Source: a virus. Taken from it: DNA of 64,000 bases. Every line of letters starts with the position of its first letter. The first letter of the stretch is position 1. The translations under genes and the position numbers were made by a program. The stretch spans positions 32,001 to 96,000 of the IMG/VR virus record IMGVR_UViG_3300042565_001021; one strand, given 5' to 3'. The notes under the pieces were generated by a model, which was not told where the DNA came from, searched no databases, and saw nothing but the letters and a program-made list of their open reading frames with translations. This document shows positions 29,647 through 39,822 of this stretch, piece after piece.

Positions 29647-32600
29647 TTACTTTGCTTTCTTAGCCAGTTCAGCTTCCATCTCGGCAACACCGTTCTGTAA
29701 TACTGCTGCCATGTTTAAAGTTTGCTGTTTAGTAAGCAAAGTGTAAGATTCAACCTCGACGTACCCTTTAGTGATAGCAATCCAACAAATTTTAGCAGTA
29801 GTGACCCAACGGTTAGCAGTTTCTTTCAACCACATAACAAACCAGGACTCGTCGTAAGTAATCGGAAAAGTTTCGCGCCACCAGGCAGTTTTTACCTTAG
29901 CCGAGATGTGACAGGTAATTATAGAATCGTCAGGCTCGTCAATCTCGATCATAATATCAACTTCAGCATCGCACCCACACTCACACGGGACGCGCCACCA
30001 ACGCCAGTTCTTGTATTCCTTAAGTGCCATAATGCCTTCTGCCGGTTTTTGTGCTTCCATTAAACGGTTTCCTCTTTATCAAAAAGTGTAATTGTGCCGC
30101 CGCCTACTTGTACGACGTGGACAGTCTTTCCTTTAAATCTTTCTATTAGATCAGCCACTAACTCACGTTGACTAGTGTGCTGCGTTACAAACTTACCGGT
30201 GCGATGATTAAACACTAACTGGACCTCTTGTTCTTTATGCTTTACAGTTTCGATTCGTATAATTACATTTTCGTCGAGGACACGCTGAATGATCTCGAGC
30301 TGACGATACTTGGCATACAGCATCAAAAACTTGTACAAGCCAAGTATCGGAAGATAACAGAGCGCGCCAATAAGTAGCGCAGTAAGAATAAAGTTTAAGT
30401 CCATAGTGAATTCCTCATTTTGACAAGACGGATTAGCATTTCGGTGTCTTCCTTCTCCCATTGTTCTTCCAGAGAGTCTCGTAATTCCGACAGTCGATTG
30501 TATTCTCGCTGTTCTGCCGGAGTCATTTTGCTCTTGCCAGATATTCCGAGCCACCCGGCAAAATCATGGTCTTCATCTTTATACTTAGCACTCATCTTCT
30601 CCCAGAACTGATCAAACCCGCTTGCTGACCACGGATCGCCACGCCGAGGACGAATAGTTTTCCACCATACATACAGCTCCATCTTTTCCTTAGCGGACTG
30701 CGCCTGATGTGGAGAAGCGTGCCAGTTGGGATCGTTTGGGTCTGGAATGTCAAGCGTCATTTCCCACCGTAAGTGATCAACTCCTGCCTGAGGGCAGCGC
30801 CAAGTTAATCCCCAGCGAAACCATCTGGACCTAGCATACCAAGGCACCAGATACTTAGACATATCTGCATTATCTCTCCACATAATGTGGCTGTGTGCTT
30901 CTTCGATCTCGATGAAATCAACGAAGGAATCGAAGCAGCTAAACAGCATACGCTCAGAATACTCGTGCCACTTACCTACGCTGAGAGTGGAATTCAGACG
31001 GTGAGTACCACCACGCCAGTTGCTAACAAAGTAACGGACTTCGTCGAGGTGATCGATTGTGTTCTCAGGAATCTTCTCGAGCCAGTCCGGGATAGTTTCA
31101 GTGAAGAGCCAACCGATAGGGTGAGCAGCCTTGGTTTCCTTCTTCCACTTGCTCCAGCCGTTTAACGGCAAGGCAATAGGTCGTTCAAACTTGAACACCT
31201 TTTCGCGAATCCAGTCAACTATCCTTGACCCCGAGTAATGCCTGTTAGCCACTATGTTCCTTTAAAGGTATTTATTGTTTATAATACGCTCAAACTTGGT
31301 TTTTTGTCAACCGTTTTGGATTCAGTTTAATAGCGTTGATCGGTGCTTGCGGATACGCTCGAAAACATCAACTAAGAGGTCATTTGGCGATACGTCGATT
31401 CCGTAGTTTTCGTTTATTGTGCGCACCATTACAACTTTGCCAAGGGCGTAATGCTGTTCTAGCGTTAGCTTTTCGATCTCTTCGGAATCCGGCATGCCGC
31501 ATCCTGAAAAGTCGGCTAGGCTTGACTCGTCACTGATGAAGCACTCGTCGTAGTTAATCTTAAAAATCTTCTGTAGGAACTCACGAGCGATCTCCTCGTA
31601 GTCTTCTACGTCGTCTGACGATGCGTACACGATCTTGCCTTCCGCAGCAGCCTTGCGGATCTTTGCTTCTGCGTCTTCTGGGGTGAGCTTTTTCTTTGCC
31701 ATATTAGTATCCTCTCCTCCGTTTAACAAATTCTTCCACGTTTTTCTGGTTTATTTGAAGCAGAGCAAAGTCATAGCCACCGCCAAATAACGTTGCTGTT
31801 TCCTTTAGGTCTCGCATCGCCCATTCCATTGCAGTGCTAGGAAACAGTCCCATGCCAACATTGGGATTAGAATCGTCGGCGTATAGATAGCCTAACGCTT
31901 TATCAGCAACCCATTGTTCCATGTCATTCAATGTTGGCATTTGTGTATCGTTCCAGTATGTCTGCCATATCAACTTGCTTCATCGTAACATCGTCGCTGT
32001 TTTGCTCTACGAACCCGGCGTAAACGCTTTGCGTGTAACCGCTAAAACGTTCAACCACTTTGCCGCAGTTGTAAACGCTGCCGCTGTCACCGTGAATCTC
32101 GTAGTAGTCACCCTTATCGACGATTTGCTTTATGCCGCTGTTCATCTGCCAGGAGTCGCTACCAGCGAACCCGCCATACCAGCCAGCTAAGACACGGTGG
32201 TAATGGCCATTGTTAGCAGCCTCTACTTTCTTGCCAGAAAACTCAACGATTACCCAAACGTCTGGATTGTATTCGCTCATGTTAGTGCTTCTTCTTTAAC
32301 AGGTAAAATTCTTTCGCTTTAAGCAGCAAGTCTTTCATCCCTTCGTCGGTCGCTGCCATCCGGTTCATTTCTACAAACTGCGTGGGAGTGATCAAGTCTC
32401 CGTCATATGGAATGCCCATATTAGAACCTCGTATCATCAATGCCATTTTAGCTTTAGTTAGATCGTCGGTCAAGCATTCTTTAAACCACGTGAAATCTCG
32501 CTCTCTCCAGGAAATAGGACTGGAGCCAAATTCCAGAAAGTCATATTTCTTAAATAGCCAGAAGCCACGAGTTCTGCGAACTGCGTATACGCTGTCGATT

Positions 32601-32865
32601 ACTACCAGCTCAACTTTCATTCTTTCACTCCGAAATGCTTACGCAATGCTTCAAGGTAGTTATCGGTGCCCATAACTTTATTACCGTTGTCAATGGCCGA
32701 ATAAACGTTAGCGCATTCAATCACAATAAGCTCAGCGAACTGTTCGACCGCTGCGTCAAACTCGATAACGTCGTCGTCGTTAAGTTGATGACAGAACGCC
32801 CTGTACCGGTCATACAGCTCGGCTAAGTCAGTTTTTACTGCTAGGTCAATCACTCGTTGGTTCAT
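29647..32865 (-). other. Run of small hypothetical early genes (29647-30060, 30060-~30404, 30395-31252, 31322-31702, 31704-31973, 31924-32280, 32282-32620, 32617-32865)
   Basis: Tightly packed minus-strand ORFs with overlapping start/stop codons; early promoter near 31280-31312. Confidence 0.65.
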
Positions 32866-33455
32866 TCTTCTACTCCTTGTTCAATCCAGTGACAGTTAAA
32901 CAGCCAGCGCACTTCATCAACCTTAGTCTGAGTCGAGCACGACTTTGCGATTGCACCCTTTACTAACTCGTAGGTGTTTTCCTTCTGATCAAACATCTTG
33001 TACAGGAAACGCTGATACTTTTCTTCCTGCTTCTGTACAAACTCAACCGCGTAGATCTTACGGTCAACATCGAGCTTTGCTTTTGCAGCAGCAATACGCA
33101 GATCAATTAAGGTCAGCGAAGTATCACGAACACCGTTCCAGAACTTGTTTTCAAATTCCTCAAAACGTGCCAAGTCCTTAGCGTCCAGGAAAGTACGCAC
33201 GTCGTCGGCCTGCTCGTTAGCGATGATCTCGATCACGTTCTTTTCGCGGCCGATCATGTCCTTGGCCTTGTGCTTGATCATATAGTCTTCGCTTTTACAC
33301 TTTACGCGATGGCCAGAATCCCATGCAACAACAAATCCCTCTTCGCCTATTAGGCCACGCACAAAGGAAATGAACTCCTGTGGATCTGCCACAGAGTTAT
33401 GCGATTTAACTGTAGGAATGTTAAACTCGCGAATCTTATCTTGAAGTATTGTCAT
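32862..33455 (-). CDS. RNA ligase 1 (T4 Rnl1-like), C-terminal part
   Basis: Motif IV EGFVV and motif V RVKCKSEDY, followed by a helical C-domain. Confidence 0.85.
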   Translation of the reverse strand: MTILQDKIREFNIPTVKSHNSVADPQEFISFVRGLIGEEGFVVAWDSGHRVKCKSEDYMIKHKAKDMIGREKNVIEIIANEQADDVRTFLDAKDLARFEEFENKFWNGVRDTSLTLIDLRIAAAKAKLDVDRKIYAVEFVQKQEEKYQRFLYKMFDQKENTYELVKGAIAKSCSTQTKVDEVRWLFNCHWIEQGVEE

Positions 33456-33464
33456 AGTGTTACT

Positions 33465-33493
33465 ATTATACTACCAAAAAGAATAAATGTCAA
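33465..33493 (-). promoter_or_regulatory. Consensus sigma70 promoter for the ligase C-terminal half
   Basis: TTGACA(33488-33493)-N17-TATAAT(33465-33470), 9 nt before ATG. Confidence 0.85.
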
Positions 33494-33507
33494 GAAATAT
33501 TTTATAG

Positions 33508-33584
33508 GATAAATAATAGTGCGGGCCGCGATACTTGTAATATCCGCCCGCTCTAGACGAACCAGGAGGCTCATATGTCCAGCA
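33508..33584. ncRNA. Conserved two-hairpin element, copy 3
   Basis: GCGGGC/GCCCGC stem, CGC bulge, GATA/TATC stem; CTAGAC/GTCCAG stem enclosing AGGAGG. Confidence 0.7.
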
Positions 33585-34312
33585 ACGATATTTATCAGCT
33601 GTATTACACATACCAACTAATTGATCCACGATCAAACTTACCATTTTACATTGGCTTCGCAAAAGATCCGCTGCGACCATATGATCATTTAGCGCAGTGT
33701 AAGAATTGGTTAGCAGGTAAGAAAGTTCCTCATCCAAACTATATCAAAATGGCCAAAATAAGAGACATTCTTAGTGAGGGTTACGAGTTCAAATTTGAAA
33801 TTATTTACAAAAGTTACGATCCAAATCAAGCATACGACAAAGAAACTGAGTTAATAACAAAGTATGGAAGACAAGACTTAAAGACAGGATTCTTATCTAA
33901 TATGAATGCTGGAGGCCGCGGCTGTCTAAATCCAAGTGACGAAGTAAGAAAGAAAATAAGTGACGGAAACTGCGGCACATTAGTTGAACGATGGGGCAAG
34001 GAACGAGCAGAGAAACAACTGGCGTTTCTTCGCAAACAACCCAAAGAAGTGATGGCAGAGCGCGGAATGAGAGGCGCTAAACACATCATTGACAACGGTT
34101 GGTCCAAAGAAACATTATCTAAAAGAAGTAAGTCAAGATTGCTAAACACGGTTAAACGCATCCAAAACCATTATCACCAGCCATACACCGAAGAGTTACG
34201 CATACAAGCAAGAAAAGACAAGGTTGCCTTTGTTGATAAGACAGCCTTGTCTAATTATGTCACAGAGGAAGATATTCGCCAGTTATCATATGACGGCAAG
34301 CCAACAGAGTAA
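33575..34312 (+). CDS. GIY-YIG endonuclease inserted antisense in the RNA ligase gene
   Basis: YYTYQLIDP...PFYIG...R...ETELI...LSNMNAGG. Confidence 0.82.
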   Translation: MSSNDIYQLYYTYQLIDPRSNLPFYIGFAKDPLRPYDHLAQCKNWLAGKKVPHPNYIKMAKIRDILSEGYEFKFEIIYKSYDPNQAYDKETELITKYGRQDLKTGFLSNMNAGGRGCLNPSDEVRKKISDGNCGTLVERWGKERAEKQLAFLRKQPKEVMAERGMRGAKHIIDNGWSKETLSKRSKSRLLNTVKRIQNHYHQPYTEELRIQARKDKVAFVDKTALSNYVTEEDIRQLSYDGKPTE

Positions 34313-34847
34313 GCATGGGCTTATCGTAGTGAATCACAATCCGGTTATCAGGCGCTGTGTATTCAAATACCGGAGTGATTCCGTTTTCAATACACCAAGT
34401 CGAAAACGCCAGATACTCTGGATGAGCAGCAATAAACGGTTCCGCTTGAAGCGCAACATCAGTTAGTCCCATCTTCGTCCCAAAGCGAACCTTACCTTCA
34501 ACCATAAATGGTGACAGAAAAGAACCGTCAAGCTTGGTATAAACAGTATGCGGCTCAGAGAAATCAACATTCGCTAACTGCGTTTCTTCTTTCTCCATCA
34601 AGTTGAAAAATTTATGAAGAGGGCGACGAAGAATCTCACCAGTAGAAGAGCGGAAGATCATGCCGCGCAGTTCGCGCAGGATAGCGTGAGCTTCGTTTTC
34701 AACAGGAGGAAAGGTATCCGCCATCTGTACCACGTAGTTGATGACTGTGTAATCACCGTCCTTTACCGCGACAATGAACTCAGGCTTATCCGCAATCAGC
34801 GGCAATACCTGCGAAATGTTTGTGATCAACGGAAATTCATACTTCAT
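34260..34847 (-). CDS. RNA ligase 1 (T4 Rnl1-like), N-terminal part
   Basis: RELRG, HKFFN, motif I TKLDGS, PVFEY, NRIVIHY; ends GEYLPL*. Confidence 0.88.
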   Translation of the reverse strand: MKYEFPLITNISQVLPLIADKPEFIVAVKDGDYTVINYVVQMADTFPPVENEAHAILRELRGMIFRSSTGEILRRPLHKFFNLMEKEETQLANVDFSEPHTVYTKLDGSFLSPFMVEGKVRFGTKMGLTDVALQAEPFIAAHPEYLAFSTWCIENGITPVFEYTAPDNRIVIHYDKPMLTLLACRHMITGEYLPL

Positions 34848-35075
34848 TTACTTTACTCCAAAGTGGTCTTTTATGTTTTTATCTACCCAGGCCAGCGTTC
34901 GTCCGACCTCGGTTCCTTCGTGCGGTGAAGGATTAGTGTACATCAAACATTCTTTCACAATCAGCTCTGCGAACTTTTCTGCGAACACACCCAATGATCC
35001 TTTACCGGACTCGTCGGCATGCTCGCTTGCGTATTGAAATGCTTCTGCTGCTAATGTGTCGATTCGATCGTTCAT
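34848..35075 (-). CDS. Small hypothetical protein (FAELIVxEC family)
   Basis: Paralogous to 32617-32865. Confidence 0.65.
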   Translation of the reverse strand: MNDRIDTLAAEAFQYASEHADESGKGSLGVFAEKFAELIVKECLMYTNPSPHEGTEVGRTLAWVDKNIKDHFGVK

Positions 35076-35278
35076 TTTAATCCTTTCTTTCTTCGTTCGG
35101 CCTGTAATCTCAGTGTTTCTGCTGTTTGTGCTTGATTAAATTTTTGTTGTGCGTCTGCCCAGGCGTCTATCGCTTTCTCATAATCAGGACCGTCGGACGG
35201 ACTGATTTTCTTTACTGCTTTATAAGCCAAGACAACTTCTTTGTAGGCTGCTGCTACCGCAGGATCTTCGAATTTCAT
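35072..35278 (-). CDS. Hypothetical protein
   Basis: 68-aa ORF. Confidence 0.55.
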   Translation of the reverse strand: MKFEDPAVAAAYKEVVLAYKAVKKISPSDGPDYEKAIDAWADAQQKFNQAQTAETLRLQAERRKKGLK

Positions 35279-35282
35279 AACC

Positions 35283-35448
35283 TTAACTCCATTTTAGCGC
35301 GAAAGCCGCAGCGTCTTTGTCATCGTCAAATGCTATCCAGTCTTCAAACCCTTGTCCAAATACAACCTTGCCTTTACAGTTGTCATTTTATCCAGTCGCA
35401 CATCGCATCAAAGTCGACCTTGCTGTAATCGTAATCGATGACGTACAC
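35283..35448 (-). pseudogene. Frameshifted member of the 'F-x-L-K-W' family
   Basis: GTG start; deleting one A at 35386-35389 gives ...CDWINDNCKG...DAAAFALKWS*. Confidence 0.65.
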
Positions 35449-35449
35449 G

Positions 35450-35866
35450 TTAGCTCGCCTTACAGCCAAGTGCCTTCAATGCGTTGACGAATTCTCTGCG
35501 GTTAGCCTTGTTCATCACAGGAAGTTTCTCAACGTGTAACGAGGTCGCTCCGGTGACCCACCGGCAACGATCGCAGGCGTCTTTTGCGTCCTTCAGACCG
35601 TAGCCCGTGTATTGACGCACAGTTTTAATCACTTCAACATACATTGGCACATTTGCGTCAATCAGTCGCACATCGCCGAGATGCGTCCCGGTCATCATAG
35701 TAAAGAAAACCGCGCCCTTGAAATCCTGACCGACAGTGGTGGCAATCGTGCCCCACATTTCCATGCCGGCTTCGGGCCCCCAGAGCTCAGTAATTGTCCG
35801 CATGAAGTCTGTTCCGGACACAATCAGATCTTCTTGCTGCTCAGATGTTAGTGTATTGTAGTCCAA
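35450..35866 (-). CDS. Protein with a ribosomal protein bL12 (L7/L12) C-terminal-like domain
   Basis: VEVIKTVRQYTGYGLKDAKDACD...NALKALG resembles bL12 [21 protein letters not shown]. Confidence 0.7.
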   Translation of the reverse strand: MDYNTLTSEQQEDLIVSGTDFMRTITELWGPEAGMEMWGTIATTVGQDFKGAVFFTMMTGTHLGDVRLIDANVPMYVEVIKTVRQYTGYGLKDAKDACDRCRWVTGATSLHVEKLPVMNKANRREFVNALKALGCKAS

Positions 35867-36158
35867 TGTATCACTCCAGAATGCTATTTAATGCGACTAT
35901 TATAGCATCATTTGTAACCAAAGTCAACCGAATATATTTGCCGGTACGGAAACACCCTAACAGTGGTGCCGAGCTTTAACGCTAAAAATGTACCTAATGC
36001 TTCATCTTCGCAGTATAGGTCAATATTGGTTCCGGTGGAGCGAACCTCCCATCCTGCTCCTCCAATGGCAATATTTCTATTAGATGGCAACCAGTATCGT
36101 TGCTCGGAGATGTTGTCGTTACACCAGCTAACTACATTCTGAACCTTGTTACCTATTA

Positions 36159-36473
36159 TTACGCCCATTTTAGTTTCAATAGCGTCATTACCTCTTCGGA
36201 AACGTCGTACCACACACCTTTCACTTGCCGAACAATGAAGTAATCTTTATCTTCTACAAATGTTGCTCGTATCCATGTTAGCACTTTAGCATCGGCGGTA
36301 ATTGAATACATAGTCACACCGTCGACTACTGCCGATTCTAATACTGAATACATTTTTAATACCCCATACATCGGTTGAACTCCGACAATCTCGGCCGCAA
36401 TTAGATTAGGTACTATTCTTCGTATAAACGGAATCAGTACTTTTTGAAATTCTGTATGGTCTATCATAACCAT
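36159..36473 (-). CDS. Gol-peptide-like major capsid fragment fused to an LKW domain
   Basis: VLIPFIRRIVPNLIAAEIVGVQPMYG. Confidence 0.75.
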   Translation of the reverse strand: MVMIDHTEFQKVLIPFIRRIVPNLIAAEIVGVQPMYGVLKMYSVLESAVVDGVTMYSITADAKVLTWIRATFVEDKDYFIVRQVKGVWYDVSEEVMTLLKLKWA

Positions 36474-36778
36474 TTTAATCTGAACATGAGCAGGTCTGCC
36501 TCATTGCGAAGAAAGATTCGGCAGTTTTTCTCACTGTGAGATATTCTCCAACGGTGCCTGCTGTGGTTACCGTCTGTCCCAAAGGCTTCTTTACACCAGG
36601 CTATTGCGTCGTGCCATTGCCTTAAAGGTATGTCAATTGCCCACTCGCCGTGGTAAGCTTTTCTTATCCAAATAGCATCAACAAGATACATCGAATCCAT
36701 CCCGTGGAGTACTTCGACGGTCCAGGTCCCTATAAGTTTTCGTGGACTGGCCTTAATCTGTGTCGTTGTTATTTCCAT
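36464..36778 (-). CDS. Second major capsid fragment fused to an LKW domain
   Basis: MEITTTQIKASPRKLIGTWTVEVLHGMD; probable start 36778. Confidence 0.65.
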   Translation of the reverse strand: MEITTTQIKASPRKLIGTWTVEVLHGMDSMYLVDAIWIRKAYHGEWAIDIPLRQWHDAIAWCKEAFGTDGNHSRHRWRISHSEKNCRIFLRNEADLLMFRLKWL

Positions 36779-38150
36779 TTTACTTCCATCGTAGTGTAAA
36801 GTATGACGCGTCGGTTTCGTTTTCAAAAGCAAAGATCGAGTGCAGATAGAAGCCACGCAGGTTTTTTATCCTTGACTTAACTTTTCCGGTCTTGTGTTTT
36901 TCTACCCAGCGGACTAAGCTGCGATGTCGTAATGATCCTTCTGAGACCGGATCTAAGTTTGTGCGGTGTTCGATGGTAGCCAGGTGCCATCCGTTTCGAA
37001 GCGACTTGCGCAGCGATGCCATTTTATTCTGCCTTTCTTTCCCTGATCAAGAATTCAAACAGAGTTCCAATGAAAGCTTCTACTGTAGCCGGACCTGTTA
37101 CTTTTACGTGTGAATAGTCGAGGTTGTGACGCCTGAGAACGTGAATGATATAACTTTCAAACGAGATCCAGTGTCGTACCCAATCTTCCATGTCTTTAAA
37201 TGTATCTGTTCCGTCAAAGTCAATGTAGTATCGATCTTCAATACATCGTCCCGTCACCTTTATCTTTAACGGTGAGCAGTATTCAACTAGCGGTTGAATA
37301 ATAGAACTTACAGTATCATCCATTATGTTTCCATTTCAATGTAAAGAGCAATGCGTCTTGCTCGTTGCCAAATATGTATTCGTAAATGATGTCGTTAGTT
37401 ACGCTAACGTCGCTTACGTCAACTCCGTCTATAGTAATCAGATCAAGTTTAGAATCGTCAATGAATCTGCTCATTAAGTTAAGTTGTTCGTATGTTGGGT
37501 CTGCTATTAAAACCGTTTTCATTTCCATTTAAGCGAGATCCACGTGTAGGTCTCTTCCTCCATTTCGACCCAATATAGAATAGCCCCTGGACTAATAAAT
37601 ACCGGAATGCCGTATTCATTGATTAGCAGGTCTGTAAAGTCTCGAGAATTCAACGTGCCAAATTTGTGAGAAACCTTCGGAACAATCTCATTCATCAGTT
37701 TAGGAAATTGTCGTAGATCAACTTTCATAACCACTTCAGAGCAAATAGTGTTGCGTCTTTATCGTTTTCAAAAGTAAACTGTAGGTTCCCAAACATGCTG
37801 TACAGTTCCCACTTGAATGGGTTGTCTTCGTCTCGGGCATCTCTATGAAGCCAGCCGCCTTGACCAACGTTTTCTAGACACCATTGGATCATTTCTTCCT
37901 GTTTATGGTAATACTCTTTGTCAAGGTTAACGCTTTTCATCTTAACTCCACTTCAACGAAAAGAAAGAGGCATCGTCGGCGTATTCAAACAGCACAGATA
38001 ACCCAAATACTACACTTGGTTGGAACTCTACTTCGCCCCTTGAATTTTTCTTACACCACTTAACCATCTCGGTTGTCTCGTCGAGGTACGGATTAGTAAG
38101 GTGTGGCAGTCGAACCACGGAAGAATTTGCGTACAATCGCCCCATGCCCA

Positions 38151-38913
38151 TTATACGCCCACCCTATTAACGATTCCGTAGATGTTAGCTAACATGAAGT
38201 AAGAGTTAACTATTAGCACCGAACGAAGCGATTCAGACGCTTCGGACTTTACGATGAGCCATATAGATGCGCCGCAGCCGACGCAGAAGAAGCAGTAACC
38301 TATCAACTGTATCTCAACCTGCGCAGTAGCCACTAACGCGGCGCCGACAATGTTACCGATCAGCGCCAACGCATCCATTAGCTTTTTCACTCTTTGCCTT
38401 CCCTTGCTACAAACAGAACACAGCCAAAGTTCCAGCGTGTTAGTATCTTGTGTTCTTTGTCGGAGCCATCGACGATGACCTTCGAAATGTACCTGTCGTC
38501 TGACGACGCGGAGCTAGGTCGCTGCTTGCCCGAGATCAGCGTGTGTTTGCAGTAATTGACATTGCCGGCATCATATGGAAAGCCACTGCCGTCGCCGTCA
38601 CCCCAGAACTTACAACGAGAGCATTTCATGTTTCTTGCCTTCCTTTAAATTTTAAGAAAAGTGCTGTTAAAAGAGGATCGTCTGACGGAAGATGAATCGT
38701 TATATACCGAGACCCAGTTGACTCTTGTACAAAGTCTCTTACGTCTTTATGAAACAATTTTACCAGCGTCTTTTCGTTACAGACCGCGAATACAAAATCT
38801 GCGCCCTGGGACGGATCGTCTAGTGCTGCCATTCTAATCCTTATGTGAGAAAGGTACTCGCTCAATGAGCAGTTTTCCCATGTACGTAGATTTATCTTAC
38901 GCTTCCGCGACAT
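38151..38913 (-). other. Three small genes: membrane protein 38151-38390, Cys-rich protein 38387-38629, hypothetical 38626-38913
   Basis: Coupled ORFs; CxxC...C...C in 38387-38629. Confidence 0.6.
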
Positions 38914-39355
38914 ATTCTTCGGTAGGTGTTACGATGATAATCTTGCTAAAGCCCTCAAGTCGCGTAGGGCGAACGTATTCCTTGCCGAGGTCCTTAGTAA
39001 CAGCAGCAGGGATCTCGAATGCCACAGCCACTACATCGTAGCCAGCAGCGATTAGCAGATCAATCTTTGGCCTACGAGTCGTTAGCGTTAAGTTAGCCCG
39101 ATCCCATATCAAATGCCGATACATGTCGATCATGCTCTTAACTCGATCGTTGAACCAATGGCTGGCTGCGTCGATGTTTGCCCTGATTACGTCGCCAAAG
39201 GTTTTCTCTTCTGCCTTTATTTCGCTCTCAACAAGAGCGTCGGGCGCAAGGTGTACAAACTTCTTCTGTAAAAGATAAGGAGCAGACCAGCTTAGCTGGG
39301 CTGTACACGGAATGCCTACTAACAGGTAGGCAACTGGTTTAATGGTAGTATCCAT
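38897..39355 (-). CDS. Degenerate P-loop kinase-like (AAA_33/PNK-like) protein
   Basis: YLLVGIPCTAQLSW at the Walker A position; IWDRANLT...RR, PTRLEGF. Confidence 0.6.
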   Translation of the reverse strand: MDTTIKPVAYLLVGIPCTAQLSWSAPYLLQKKFVHLAPDALVESEIKAEEKTFGDVIRANIDAASHWFNDRVKSMIDMYRHLIWDRANLTLTTRRPKIDLLIAAGYDVVAVAFEIPAAVTKDLGKEYVRPTRLEGFSKIIIVTPTEEYVAEA

Positions 39356-39399
39356 ACTAACACTATACACTCTTTCGAGGAGTGTGTCAACCAGTATTT

Positions 39400-39801
39400 T
39401 TACGGGTTTTTATCGTTTTCGGGATCGGTACAAAGTGCTTCGAGTAGCTTGTAATGGTTGTAAGACTCTTTGAGCGCAGCAAACTTTTCGAGCTTCTTTG
39501 GGTCTGGTATTAGGATGGCCAACCGCTCTTGCATAACCTTCATAGTCAGCATCATCTCTTTTACGCTCACACCATCTACTTCAACATCATCAGCTTGCAT
39601 TGTTCCGTGCACTACCAGCCCTGGGTTAGTTGCTCCGGTGACGTTTACTGTCGATCCAGCCCAAGTCGGCATAGAACCGGTGGTAGTCAGAGTTGTGTAG
39701 GTATTGTTGTTGGCGCCATACGTTGGAGAAATGGTATAAACGGTTCCGGATGCAGCAGTTATTGAGCCCGTATTAGGCCATTGGATATTGTTAGATGACA
39801 T
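39400..39801 (-). CDS. Hypothetical protein
   Basis: Thr-rich N-terminus; ERLAIL.P...ALKESY.HYK.LE C-terminus. Confidence 0.65.
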   Translation of the reverse strand: MSSNNIQWPNTGSITAASGTVYTISPTYGANNNTYTTLTTTGSMPTWAGSTVNVTGATNPGLVVHGTMQADDVEVDGVSVKEMMLTMKVMQERLAILIPDPKKLEKFAALKESYNHYKLLEALCTDPENDKNP

Positions 39802-39822
39802 AGTAAAATTACTTATGCCAGC

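Larger units (their letters stand above)
35908..38151 (-). repeat. Tandem array of small paralogous genes ending F/L-x-L-K/R-W
   Basis: C-termini FLALKL, LLKLKWA, MFRLKWL, YFTLRWK, LFTLKWK, WISLKWK, LFALKWL, FFSLKWS; shared central W-[CIV] and acidic-DA motifs; 37024-37323 lacks the motif. Confidence 0.8.

Noticed and set aside
33456-34259. Group I/II intron interrupting the RNA ligase
   Set aside because: The insertion is almost entirely an antisense ORF, no catalytic core is recognisable, and the downstream half has its own promoter and ATG
36159-36778. Decayed major capsid gene
   Set aside because: The fragments are short, in reversed order relative to gp23, and each is fused in frame to an intact LKW domain
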